Positions 35,550-45,197 of a stretch of DNA of 64,000 nt are shown here, in pieces (the first letter of the stretch is position 1; the number at the start of each line of letters is the position of its first letter). Position numbers and translations under genes: made by a program. The stretch is from an uncultured euryarchaeote. Its GTDB lineage: Archaea > Thermoplasmatota > Poseidoniia > Poseidoniales > Thalassarchaeaceae. The DNA lies in NCBI GenBank assembly GCA_937911265.1, contig CALDRG010000022.1, positions 1,399 to 65,398 of the forward strand. Direction: 5' to 3'. The notes under the pieces were generated by a model. The model was given only the letters and a program-made list of their open reading frames with translations, ran no database searches and was not told the DNA's origin.

Positions 35550-36674
35550 CTAGACCCTCTCGAGCACAGTGGCCATGCCCATTCCGCCTCCAACACATAG
35601 GGTGGCTAGTGCGTGTTCAGCGCCGTTCTTCTGCATCAATTGAGCGGCTTTGCCGGTGATTCTAGCACCACTGGCGCCAAGGGGATGTCCTAGAGCGATG
35701 GCTCCGCCCTCGATGTTGACCTTGTCTGTATCCAGTCCAAGTTCTCCTATCACCGCTAGGGATTGTGCGGCGAAGGCCTCGTTGAGCTCAATCAGGTCGA
35801 TGTCATCAAGAGAAAGTCCGGCCCGCTCCAGTGCCTTACGAGAGGCGGCAACGGGGCCGATGCCCATGATCTCAGGGGCGCATCCGGAGACGGCGATGCT
35901 CTTGATGCGAGCCATCGGCACGAGGCCGTGCTCTGCTGCGAACTCCTCCGAGCAGACGAACACGAAGGCTGCGCCATCGGTGAGAGGAGAGGCGGTGCCT
36001 GCGGTGACTGTGCCGTTGGCATCGAACGCTGGACGCAGCTTTCTGAGTCCCTCGGCGTTGGTTCCAGACCTTATGCAACCATCCTCGTGCACCGTACCAT
36101 CTGTGGTCTCAATGGGTACTATCTCGTCGACGAACGAACCCGACTCGCGTGCATTGTTGGCCCTTGCTTGACTCTCGATGGCAAATGCCTCTTGAGCGTC
36201 ACGGTCAATTCCATGAATCTTGGATAGGTTCTCGGCAGTAATTCCCATCGAAGTCAACACCTCCTCGGCGAGCACGGGGTTCGGCATCGGGTTGAATCCA
36301 GTCATGGGGATACGCGACATGCTCTCTACGCCACCAGCGATGAAAGCGCACCCCTGTCCTGAGTTGATGCGCGCTGCTGCATCATGGATGGACTGCATAG
36401 AAGATCCGCAGAAGCGGTTGACGGTGACTCCAGGGACAGTCTCTGGCAAATCAGTGAGGAATGTGATGATTCGAGCTAGGTTGTAGCCCTGCTCGGCCTC
36501 GGGAAAGGCACAACCCACGATTAGATCCTCAACTAGGGATGGGTCGATTCCGATATCCGATATCAGTCGGTTAACTACCGCTGCAGCGATGTCGTCAGGT
36601 CTCGTCCTTGCCAGCGCCCCCTTCTTTGCTGGAGTGAAGGGTGAGCGAGCATAACCAACGATAACGGCAGGCAT
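35550..36674 (-). CDS. fadA: acetyl-CoA C-acyltransferase (thiolase)
   Basis: NRFCGSS, NEAFA, GHPLGASG, CVGGGMG. Confidence 0.93.
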   Translation of the reverse strand: MPAVIVGYARSPFTPAKKGALARTRPDDIAAAVVNRLISDIGIDPSLVEDLIVGCAFPEAEQGYNLARIITFLTDLPETVPGVTVNRFCGSSMQSIHDAAARINSGQGCAFIAGGVESMSRIPMTGFNPMPNPVLAEEVLTSMGITAENLSKIHGIDRDAQEAFAIESQARANNARESGSFVDEIVPIETTDGTVHEDGCIRSGTNAEGLRKLRPAFDANGTVTAGTASPLTDGAAFVFVCSEEFAAEHGLVPMARIKSIAVSGCAPEIMGIGPVAASRKALERAGLSLDDIDLIELNEAFAAQSLAVIGELGLDTDKVNIEGGAIALGHPLGASGARITGKAAQLMQKNGAEHALATLCVGGGMGMATVLERV

Positions 36675-36687
36675 AAGCCTGCTTTAC

Positions 36688-36769
36688 CGCTGCTATAATT
36701 AAACTTCAAGTATCAAAAATTACACCTACGGTGTAGTTTTACACTTGGGTTTGAATTAATTCAGTAGCG
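36688..36769. promoter_or_regulatory. long imperfect palindrome (putative operator) overlapping the TATA box of the beta-oxidation operon
   Basis: Core AAAATTACACC-TAC-GGTGTAGTTTT (36716-36740) with outer complementary arms; minus-strand TTTAATTATA at 36694-36703. Confidence 0.55.
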
Positions 36770-36851
36770 TGCTAAATTGCGAAAACAAGGGAAAAATATC
36801 GAATCCGTAAGTTGATGGCCTCAAGCCCTGCTCGACCGACGAGGTGAAAAT

Positions 36852-37190
36852 GTGTCAGACGAAGAAGTAGGCCGGGTCGACCGGTATTTTCGGAAGGTCG
36901 GCGTAGCGGCTCTTGAACTCACGGGAGATCTCTCTATCGGCGACAGAATTCGATTCTCGGGTGCAACAACAGACTTCGAGATGGATGTTGAATCCATGCA
37001 GATTGACCTGAATCCGGTTGAGAGTGCTGGAGCAGGTGACGATGTCGGAATCAAGGTCCCCGAGAGGGTGCGACCAAGCGACAGCGTGACCCGATTAGAT
37101 TCAGGAGCGGCGGGAGTCAGCCCGGAGATGATTAGGAATGTCGTAATTGTTGGTGCCGCGATAACCGCTGCGTACTTGTTATTTGGCTAA
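36852..37190 (+). CDS. translation-factor beta-barrel (EF-Tu domain II / U32 C-terminal-like) protein with C-terminal hydrophobic tail
   Basis: VGRV.RYFRKVGVA, GDRIRF.G.TTDF...VESMQID, GDDVGIKV..RVR; GAGGTG SD. Confidence 0.7.
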   Translation: MSDEEVGRVDRYFRKVGVAALELTGDLSIGDRIRFSGATTDFEMDVESMQIDLNPVESAGAGDDVGIKVPERVRPSDSVTRLDSGAAGVSPEMIRNVVIVGAAITAAYLLFG

Positions 37191-37242
37191 GTTGAGGGAG
37201 ATTACGCCTTCACCGAACTCGGTAACGGGTCTGGTGCTTGCG

Positions 37243-38550
37243 TTATTTACGGCTTCGGCCGCGACCTGAACGCCGGCCATTGCGTCCACCATTGGATTGG
37301 TGATTTGATTTTCCCTTAGAGTGGTTACTGTTAGATTTGTTATTGCGCGGATGGCGCCGGCCGCGGCCCCGATTTTGCTGCTTCTTGGGCGCCTTATTCC
37401 CCTTGCGTGACCGGGCATTCTCAGAGTGGAAAGGTTGGTCCTCATCAACAGGGATGTCCTGACGAATAGTCTTCTCAATACCACGCAGATACTCGCCTTC
37501 GTTCTCATCGCAGAAAGCAATGGCGATGCCCCCCTGGCCTGCACGTCCCGTGCGACCAATGCGGTGCACATAGACGTCAGGCTCATTGGGTAGATCCAGA
37601 TTGATGACGTGGCTGATGTCGGAGACATCGATGCCACGGCTCGCCACGTCAGTGGCGACTAGTACCTGGAGGGCGCCATTGCGGAATCGACGGAGGGCCT
37701 TCTCACGCGCGCCCTGACTCTTGTTGCCATGAATTGCGAGTGCTTCGATACCGTCTTGTCCGAGCTGCTTGACGATGCGATTGCAACCATGCTTGGTGCG
37801 ACTGAACACGAGTACCTTCTCGGGTCGCTCCTCCTCAATAATGTAAGTCAAGAGGCCACGCTTATCACTCCTCATGACAAACATCAGGGATTGTTCAATG
37901 GCCTCGACGGTGGTCGATTCAGGTGTGATGGAGACGCTTATCGGGTTGTAGAGCATACCACGGGACAATTCGACAATCGAGTGCGGCATGGTGGCACTGA
38001 ACAGCAGACTCTGGCGTTTCTTTGGAATTTGTGCGAGAATTTTGCGGATGTCTCGGATGAAACCCATGTCGAGCATTCGATCCGCCTCATCGAGAACGAG
38101 GAATTGCACGTGGGACAAGTCAACGTATCCCTGAGAGATGAGGTCAAGCAAGCGACCGGGAGTGGCGACCAGGATGTCAACGCCGCGGCGTAATTTGTTC
38201 ACCTGTGGACGCTGCGATACTCCTCCAAACATGACCATCGAACGGATGTCGAGGTGTCGTGCGTATTGCTCGATATTGTCGTGAATCTGGGATGCGAGCT
38301 CGCGCGTCGGACATAGTATCAAAGCGTGGATGTGGCGTAAGCCCGCCTGCGGATCTTCGGCCATCGCATCGAGGATTGGTAAGGCGAAAGCGGCGGTCTT
38401 TCCCGTGCCCGTTTGGGCACAACCAAGCATGTCCCGGCCTTCAATGAGGTCGGGGATGGTTTTGGCTTGAATCGGTGTTGGCGTGACGTAACCAATCTCG
38501 TCGAGGGCATCCAGCAAAGGCTGACAGAGCTTGAGAGAAGTGAAATCCAT
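37243..38550 (-). CDS. DEAD-box RNA helicase (RhlE-like)
   Basis: PTPIQ, AQTGTGKT, PTRELA, DEAD, SAT, HRIGRTGR; basic tail; start corrected to MDFTSL. Confidence 0.93.
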   Translation of the reverse strand: MDFTSLKLCQPLLDALDEIGYVTPTPIQAKTIPDLIEGRDMLGCAQTGTGKTAAFALPILDAMAEDPQAGLRHIHALILCPTRELASQIHDNIEQYARHLDIRSMVMFGGVSQRPQVNKLRRGVDILVATPGRLLDLISQGYVDLSHVQFLVLDEADRMLDMGFIRDIRKILAQIPKKRQSLLFSATMPHSIVELSRGMLYNPISVSITPESTTVEAIEQSLMFVMRSDKRGLLTYIIEEERPEKVLVFSRTKHGCNRIVKQLGQDGIEALAIHGNKSQGAREKALRRFRNGALQVLVATDVASRGIDVSDISHVINLDLPNEPDVYVHRIGRTGRAGQGGIAIAFCDENEGEYLRGIEKTIRQDIPVDEDQPFHSENARSRKGNKAPKKQQNRGRGRRHPRNNKSNSNHSKGKSNHQSNGGRNGRRSGRGRSRK

Positions 38551-38560
38551 AATAATCAAC

Positions 38561-39790
38561 TCACATGTGCGCGATGATGGCGGCACCAAACTCACTGCAC
38601 TTGAGCAGAGTCGCGTCGTCCATCAGGCGTTCGAAATCGTAGGTCACGGTCTTAGCGCTGATTGCGCCTTCTACACCGTTAACGATGAGGTCGGCAGCCT
38701 CTGTCCAGCCTATGTGGCGCAGCATCATCTCCGCCGACAGAATCAGACTGCCAGGGTTGACCTTGTCTTGCCCGGCATACTTGGGAGCGGTGCCGTGAGT
38801 GGCCTCGAAGATGGCGACCCCTGTGTCGTAATTGATGTTGGCACCGGGAGCAATTCCGATGCCCCCGACTTGAGCTGCAAGCGCGTCCGAGATGTAGTCG
38901 CCGTTGAGGTTCATGGTGGTCAGCACGCTGTACTCGTGAGGTCGAGTGAGAACCTGTTGGAGCATGGCATCCGCAATGACGTCCTTGATAGTGATCTCAG
39001 TGCCTGTTCTCGGGTTGGTCATGGTGCACCAGGGCCCGCCATCGAGTTCAGTGGCTCTGAATTCATCCTTTGCAAGTTGATATCCCCAGTCACGGAAGCC
39101 TCCCTCTGTGAACTTCATGATGTTGCCCTTGTGAACCAGTGTCACACTGTCCTTGTCGTTCTCGATTGCATGATTGATAGCTGCGCGGACGATACGTGCC
39201 GTTCCCTCCTGACTGACTGGCTTGATGCCGATTCCGCTGGTATTGGGGAATCGAATCTTGTCGACGCCCATCTCATTCTGAAGGAAGTTGATTACTTTGT
39301 TGACTTCATCACTGCCCGCCTCCCACTCTATACCGGCATAGACATCCTCGCTGTTTTCTCGGAAGATAATCATATCCACCGCTCCCGGATCCTTGACTGG
39401 GCTTGGAGATCCTGTGTACCAGCGAACGGGGCGAACGCATGCATAGAGGTCGAGTTGTTGGCGGAGCGCCACGTTGAGACTGCGAATGCCGCCGCCTACT
39501 GGAGTTGTCAATGGTCCCTTAATCGAGACTAGCCCCTCGCGCATTGCTTCCTTGGTGGCCTCGGGTAGCCACTCACCGGTGGCATCGAATGCTTTCTGCC
39601 CGGCCAGTACCTCACTCCAATGAATGCTGCGCTGGCCTCCATAGGCATGCTTGACTGCGGCGTTTACCACAGCCATCATGACCGGTGTGATATCGATTCC
39701 TATACCATCACCTTCGATGTAGTACACGATGGGGTCATCGGGCACGCTCAGGCGGCCTTCCACCATCGATACTTGGGTACCCTCGACCAT
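38561..39790 (-). CDS. icd: isocitrate dehydrogenase (NADP+, E. coli type)
   Basis: [55 protein letters not shown]. Confidence 0.96.
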   Translation of the reverse strand: MVEGTQVSMVEGRLSVPDDPIVYYIEGDGIGIDITPVMMAVVNAAVKHAYGGQRSIHWSEVLAGQKAFDATGEWLPEATKEAMREGLVSIKGPLTTPVGGGIRSLNVALRQQLDLYACVRPVRWYTGSPSPVKDPGAVDMIIFRENSEDVYAGIEWEAGSDEVNKVINFLQNEMGVDKIRFPNTSGIGIKPVSQEGTARIVRAAINHAIENDKDSVTLVHKGNIMKFTEGGFRDWGYQLAKDEFRATELDGGPWCTMTNPRTGTEITIKDVIADAMLQQVLTRPHEYSVLTTMNLNGDYISDALAAQVGGIGIAPGANINYDTGVAIFEATHGTAPKYAGQDKVNPGSLILSAEMMLRHIGWTEAADLIVNGVEGAISAKTVTYDFERLMDDATLLKCSEFGAAIIAHM

Positions 39791-39864
39791 GTCTCTCAGC
39801 GCGCCGACCGACCCCCCCTTCATGAAGCCAACCCTTCAAGGGCTATGGCGCCGGTGAGTGAGGC

Positions 39865-40257
39865 ATGAAGGGGGAGGTAAAGTGGACCGGAGCAGGCGGT
39901 TATGTTGGTACCGCTTCTAGCGGTAAGAGCTTCGGAATCTACGGTGACTCTTCCCCTAGCCCTACAGAGATGGTAATTCACGCACATGCTGCTTGCTCTT
40001 TGATCGATGTAATTGATGGTCTGAAACATAGAATAGCAAATGTGGAATATGCGACAGTCGAAATTGAGGTTGAGATGGCGGAAAAAGTTCCCAAGGTTTT
40101 CACATCTGTCAACATGAATTACATCATCAAAGGCGATGTTCCCGAAGCCCTTGTCCGCCGGCTCATTGAAAGTAGTCACGAGAGATACTGTAGAATCGGG
40201 ATAATGATTACTCGTTCAGGAGCATCGTTGGATTGGTCACTTGATATGAGAACCTAA
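39865..40257 (+). CDS. OsmC family protein
   Basis: PSPTE...AACS..DV and RYC motifs. Confidence 0.8.
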   Translation: MKGEVKWTGAGGYVGTASSGKSFGIYGDSSPSPTEMVIHAHAACSLIDVIDGLKHRIANVEYATVEIEVEMAEKVPKVFTSVNMNYIIKGDVPEALVRRLIESSHERYCRIGIMITRSGASLDWSLDMRT

Positions 40258-40431
40258 TAGAATCAATAATCTAACAATTGGTGTTCTATGGGAGCAGGGA
40301 ATAATTCCTTGATTCGCCTCTGAGACAACTGAAGATTTCCTCAATCATTAAACACCCTCCATTAGGAAGAGTGAATCCCTTGCGTGGGACAGGGACAAAT
40401 CGAATCGGAATCGACGATGGAGGGAGAGGGT

Positions 40432-43400
40432 ATGCAGACTAGAGTCAAAGCAGATACCGAAGCCGGAATCGCAGAATCGGGGATGGTCATTGAGCGTCGG
40501 TTCACAACGGCCGGTGATGACCCGTTCGACACCTTCGACTGGATAGAGATGGATGTCGAGATTAGGAACCCAGACGGTTCTATGGCAGATACCATTGAGG
40601 GGGTGAAACTTCCCTCAGGCTTCACTGGCGTACCTGGAAAGGTGTGTGCTCAGAAGTACCTGCGCAAGGCCGGTGTTCCGAAGCATCTACGCAAGGTGCC
40701 AGAGGATAATGTACCCGTCTGGTTGCAGCGTAGTGTACCGGACCACGAGAGGCTTCAGACTGTAGAGGCCAAAGAGAGAATGGGTGGAGAAGCTGACGGG
40801 AGGAATCTCTTCCGTCGACTCGCAGGGACCTGGACCTACTGGGGCTGGAAGTACGGCTACTTTGCCAGCGAGGCTGATGCCCGCGCCTACTTCGACGAGA
40901 TGTGTTACTTGATCGCAAGCCAGCGCTCGGCACCTAACAGCCCCCAGTGGTTCAATACCGGACTGCATTGGGCCTATGGCATCGAGGGGCCGGCTCAAGG
41001 CCACTCGTTCATCGACCCTGCCAGTGGAGAACTGGAGTACTCAACTAACGCTTACGAGCACCCTCAACCTCACGCCTGCTTCATCCAATCGGTATCCGAC
41101 TCTCTGGTCGGTGGCTCAGAGTCAATTATGGGCCTGTGGAACCGAGAAGCGTTACTATTCAAGTTCGGCTCAGGAACCGGTTCGAACTTCTCCAGAATCC
41201 GAGGAGCGGGTGAGCCTCTCTCGGGTGGCGGCAGCTCGAGTGGATTGCTGTCCTTCCTCAAGATAGGCGATAGGGCCGCTGGGGCGATAAAGTCCGGCGG
41301 CACCACCAGAAGGGCAGCCAAAATGGTTACTCTGGATCTCGACCATCCCGATATCGAGGAGTACATAGACTGGAAGTCGAGTGAGGAGGAAAAGGTCTCA
41401 GCACTAGTGATAGGGAGCAATATCCTGCAGAAGCACGCTAATGTCCTGATGGATGCGATTTGGGAGTACGGCGATGACGAAGGCCGATTCGACCAGAACG
41501 CCAACCTCGGTCTGCGCAGAGCCATGGTGCGAGCTATCGGAGAACATGTTCCACCACCTCATATCCAGAGGATACTGGACCTTGCGAAGCAGGGATGGAA
41601 AGGTGTCGACTTCGAGGTTCTGGACACCGACTGGCAGGGTGAGGCTTACCTTACTGTATCTGGTCAGAACAGCAACAACTCGGTCCGCGTCCCGAATCGG
41701 TTCATGGAATCGGTCAAGGAGGGTGGTGATTGGAACCTCTACTGGAGGACCGAACTGGAGAGTTCAGAGGCAGAGGGAAGGGATCCCGAACCGTGCAAAA
41801 CCCTAGATGCGGGAGAATTGTGGAACAAGGTGGCATACACTGCTTGGGCCTGTGCTGACCCCGGCGTCCAATATGACACCACCATCAATGAGTGGCACAC
41901 CTGCCCCGAGGGAGGGAGAATCAACGGCTCCAACCCCTGCTCCGAGTACATGTTCCTCGATGACACTGCCTGCAATTTGGCCAGTATCAATCTCCTACAC
42001 TACTACGACCTCAACACCCAAACTTTCCAGATAGACGACTTCAGACATAGCGTCAGACTTTGGACCACGACCCTCGAGATCAGCGTTCTAATGGCGCAGT
42101 TCCCCTCTGAGGAGATAGCACGCAAGTCGTACGAATATCGCACTCTGGGTCTAGGCTACTGCAACATAGGCTCTCTGTTGATGCACATGGGCATTCCATA
42201 TGACGACGAGCGAGCCTATGCAATCTGTGGAGCGATCACCTCCATCATGTGCGGCGAGACCTACTCGACTAGTGCGGAGATGGCTTCGATACTCGGAACC
42301 TTTTCTGACTACGAGAGGAATTCCGAGCACATGCTGAAAGTGATGAGAAATCACAGGAGGGCTGCTTACGATTCGCCGGTGGACGAATACGAGGGGCTCA
42401 CCGTTCCGCCCATGGGAATTAACTCGAAGAAATGCCCGAAGGACCTACTCGAGGCGGCGAGGGAATCCTGGGATCGCGCGGTCAGAGATGGAGAGGAGCA
42501 TGGATACAGGAACGCGCAGACCACGGTCATCGCGCCCACTGGTACCATCGGCCTGGTGATGGGCGCGGACACCACCGGCGTTGAACCTCAGTTCTCACTC
42601 GTGCAGTTCAAGACGCTAGCTGGAGGCGGTTCGCTGAGAATTGTCAACAAGGGTGTACCGAACGCTCTTCGTCGACTTGGCTACTCCGATAGCAAGTGCA
42701 AGACGATTGAGGAGTATATCGTAGGCACCGGGCGACTCAGCGGATGTCCCACGCTCCCAGTGAACCGCATGAAGGAAGTTGGCTTCAGTGTCGAAGATCT
42801 CGCTGCCGTAGAGAAGAAAATGGGCGATGTGTTCGATTTGCGCTCGGCCTTCGCACCGACTCTACTCGGAAAGGAACTGTGCACAGGCGCCCTCGGAATG
42901 TCAGAGGAGCAATATGAAGATTCATTCTTCGATACCCTAGACTTCCTCGGCTTCACCTCCGAGGAGATAGAAGCGGCTCAATCCCATATCTTCGGGAATC
43001 TGACCATCGAAGGAGCGCCTGGACTCAAGAAAGAACATCTGGCCGTGTTCGACTGTGCCACTCCATGCGGGGCGAAAGGAACGAGGTCAATCGCATGGCC
43101 TGCTCATGTGAAGATGATGGCTTCTGCGCAGCCATTCATCTCGGGAGCGATTTCCAAGACCATTAACATGCCATCCAATTCAACAGTAGATGATGTCAGA
43201 GAAGCTTACAACCTCAGTCACACTACCATGAACAAGGCATGTGCGGTTTACCGCGACTGCTCAAAATTATCGCAACCCCTGATGAACAAACTCGTCGAGG
43301 ACACCGAACTGGCCGAAGAGGTCACTGAAGAGGAAAAACTGGTAGAGAGAATGGTCGTGGAGACTGTCAAGGCTCTGCCCCTTCCAGAATCCGTGGCTCA

Positions 43401-44076
43401 GCCAGTGGCTGAGTCATTCGTGAAGTTCATCGCAACCAGACGGACTCTGCCAGATAGGAAGAGGGCTATTTCCACTAAGGCTAGGATAGGCGGGCACAGC
43501 GTCCGTCTGATTACCGGAGAGTACCCAGATGGTAAATTGGGCGAGATTATTCTGGTGACCTCTAAGGAGGGTGCGGCTTGGAGAGCCATGCTCAATCAGT
43601 TCGCAATAGCCGTATCGATTGCTTTGCAACACGGCGTCCCACTAGAGGCTTTCATCAAGGTATTCACTTTCCAGAAATTCGAGCCTAGTGGGCCGGTTGA
43701 AGGCGGTAGTGGGCGGGTCAAGATGGCTTCGAGCTTGGTCGACTGGATTTTCAGAGAGTTGGCCATCGACTACGCCGGACGGGACGACCTCGCCCATGTT
43801 GGCGTCGAAGATTTCGATCAATTCTCAATTAGCAAACCCGAGATTACTGAAGAAGGAGTGATGCGGGTCGAGGGTGAGAAAAGGGAAGTTCAGATGACTC
43901 TCGATGCGACTGTCGCTCCGCTGCAAGAGAAGGATGCCGAGAGTCGTACGCGGCAGGCGGCACGCGAGAGGGGGTTCACCGGGGACATCTGTGATGAATG
44001 TGGAAGCAGCCAGATGGTGCGCAACGGAACCTGTCTGAAGTGCAATGCCTGCGGCTCTACAACCGGTTGCTCGTGA
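40432..44076 (+). CDS. nrdJ: class II (adenosylcobalamin-dependent) ribonucleotide reductase
   Basis: PNSPQWFN, HACFI, SGGTTRRAAKM, SNPCSEY, IAPTGTI, ISKTINMP, C-terminal TSCPD-like domain and Zn ribbon. Confidence 0.95.
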   Translation: MQTRVKADTEAGIAESGMVIERRFTTAGDDPFDTFDWIEMDVEIRNPDGSMADTIEGVKLPSGFTGVPGKVCAQKYLRKAGVPKHLRKVPEDNVPVWLQRSVPDHERLQTVEAKERMGGEADGRNLFRRLAGTWTYWGWKYGYFASEADARAYFDEMCYLIASQRSAPNSPQWFNTGLHWAYGIEGPAQGHSFIDPASGELEYSTNAYEHPQPHACFIQSVSDSLVGGSESIMGLWNREALLFKFGSGTGSNFSRIRGAGEPLSGGGSSSGLLSFLKIGDRAAGAIKSGGTTRRAAKMVTLDLDHPDIEEYIDWKSSEEEKVSALVIGSNILQKHANVLMDAIWEYGDDEGRFDQNANLGLRRAMVRAIGEHVPPPHIQRILDLAKQGWKGVDFEVLDTDWQGEAYLTVSGQNSNNSVRVPNRFMESVKEGGDWNLYWRTELESSEAEGRDPEPCKTLDAGELWNKVAYTAWACADPGVQYDTTINEWHTCPEGGRINGSNPCSEYMFLDDTACNLASINLLHYYDLNTQTFQIDDFRHSVRLWTTTLEISVLMAQFPSEEIARKSYEYRTLGLGYCNIGSLLMHMGIPYDDERAYAICGAITSIMCGETYSTSAEMASILGTFSDYERNSEHMLKVMRNHRRAAYDSPVDEYEGLTVPPMGINSKKCPKDLLEAARESWDRAVRDGEEHGYRNAQTTVIAPTGTIGLVMGADTTGVEPQFSLVQFKTLAGGGSLRIVNKGVPNALRRLGYSDSKCKTIEEYIVGTGRLSGCPTLPVNRMKEVGFSVEDLAAVEKKMGDVFDLRSAFAPTLLGKELCTGALGMSEEQYEDSFFDTLDFLGFTSEEIEAAQSHIFGNLTIEGAPGLKKEHLAVFDCATPCGAKGTRSIAWPAHVKMMASAQPFISGAISKTINMPSNSTVDDVREAYNLSHTTMNKACAVYRDCSKLSQPLMNKLVEDTELAEEVTEEEKLVERMVVETVKALPLPESVAQPVAESFVKFIATRRTLPDRKRAISTKARIGGHSVRLITGEYPDGKLGEIILVTSKEGAAWRAMLNQFAIAVSIALQHGVPLEAFIKVFTFQKFEPSGPVEGGSGRVKMASSLVDWIFRELAIDYAGRDDLAHVGVEDFDQFSISKPEITEEGVMRVEGEKREVQMTLDATVAPLQEKDAESRTRQAARERGFTGDICDECGSSQMVRNGTCLKCNACGSTTGCS

Positions 44077-44085
44077 GCAGTGTGC

Positions 44086-45018
44086 TCAAATCTCAAGCTC
44101 GATATTGAGATTTTGTATCAGTTCCTTGTAGCGGTTCCTGATTGTGACCTCAGTCACACCAGCTACCTCAGCGACCTCGCGCTGGGTCCTGCGCTTGCCA
44201 CACAGAACGCTAGCGATGTAGATGATCGAGGCTGCTATTCCAGTTGGACCTCGTCCACTCGTGAGTTCCTTCTCCTGAGCAGCGGCGATTAGTTCGTATG
44301 CCTTCGACTGGACCTCTGCGTCCAAGTGCAGACCAGAACAGAATCTCGGTATGTAGTCCTCTGGCTTGGTAGGTGGTATCTTCATCTTGAGTTCGCGGAC
44401 CATGAAGCGGTAGGTCCGACCAATTTCCTTGCGGCCGGTTCGACTGGCCTCTCCAATTTCGTCAAGGGTTCGAGGGTTGTTGCACTGCCTGCATGCGGCG
44501 TAGAGGCTGGCTGCGGCGACTCCTTCGATAGAGCGTCCACGGATGAGCCTGGCCTCAACGGCTTTCTTGTAGTTCACAGCGGCTGCCTCGCGAATCGACT
44601 TCGGTAGATCAAGGCGGCTAGCCATGCGATCAAGCTCGGCCAGAGCCATGGCGAGGTTTCGCTCGGTGGCGTTGCTTACGCGGGAGCGCTTCTGCCACTT
44701 CCTCATGCGATAGAACTGGCTTCGGTAGCGGCTGGAGATTGCCTTTCCAGAGTAGTCTTTGTTCTGCCAGTCAATGTCGGTGGACAATCCCTTGTCGTGC
44801 AGCATGACCGTCATAGGTGCTCCCGTACGTGCGCGCTGATCGCCCTGCTCAGGGCTGAACACGCGCCACTCGGCGCCTTGGTCGATTACGTTGTCTTCTA
44901 GGACTAGTCCGCAGTCCTCACACACCACTTCTCCTCTGGTTTCGTCTCTGTTCAAGCTCCTGCTACCGCACTCGCTGCACTTCACAGTGTCTTCCACTAG
45001 ATATCCTTCATCTGCCAT
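44086..45018 (-). CDS. tfb: transcription initiation factor IIB
   Basis: CSEC..CEDC Zn ribbon, EWRVF, two cyclin repeats, [14 protein letters not shown]. Confidence 0.96.
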   Translation of the reverse strand: MADEGYLVEDTVKCSECGSRSLNRDETRGEVVCEDCGLVLEDNVIDQGAEWRVFSPEQGDQRARTGAPMTVMLHDKGLSTDIDWQNKDYSGKAISSRYRSQFYRMRKWQKRSRVSNATERNLAMALAELDRMASRLDLPKSIREAAAVNYKKAVEARLIRGRSIEGVAAASLYAACRQCNNPRTLDEIGEASRTGRKEIGRTYRFMVRELKMKIPPTKPEDYIPRFCSGLHLDAEVQSKAYELIAAAQEKELTSGRGPTGIAASIIYIASVLCGKRRTQREVAEVAGVTEVTIRNRYKELIQNLNIELEI

Positions 45019-45197
45019 TCTTTCACACCACCCTTGCTGGCAAAGGTAGTAAATCCCGACAGACCATCTTATTTAAGAGTGATAGTAGAAGAAAAAAGTA
45101 CAACCGCCTTACTGAGCGGCTGTGTAAGACTATACGACCATTGAGAATGATGAAATAGAGCGCGGCCTTGACGTTAATCGAAAGAGGTGGTGTAACC

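Noticed and set aside
38531-39532. 333-aa ORF on + strand
   Set aside because: Antisense shadow of the highly conserved icd; no recognisable motifs
40258-40431. Possible cobalamin riboswitch or SD-sequestering stem upstream of nrdJ (CCCTCCAT 40355-40362 pairs with ATGGAGGG 40417-40424)
   Set aside because: B12-box consensus not found; the 5' arm lies directly behind the likely TATA (ATTAAAC ~40347) and is probably not transcribed
40432-44076. Intein in nrdJ (also considered for ligA, top6 and the RFC-like gene)
   Set aside because: No C/S...HN splice junctions or LAGLIDADG blocks; lengths are explained by normal domains
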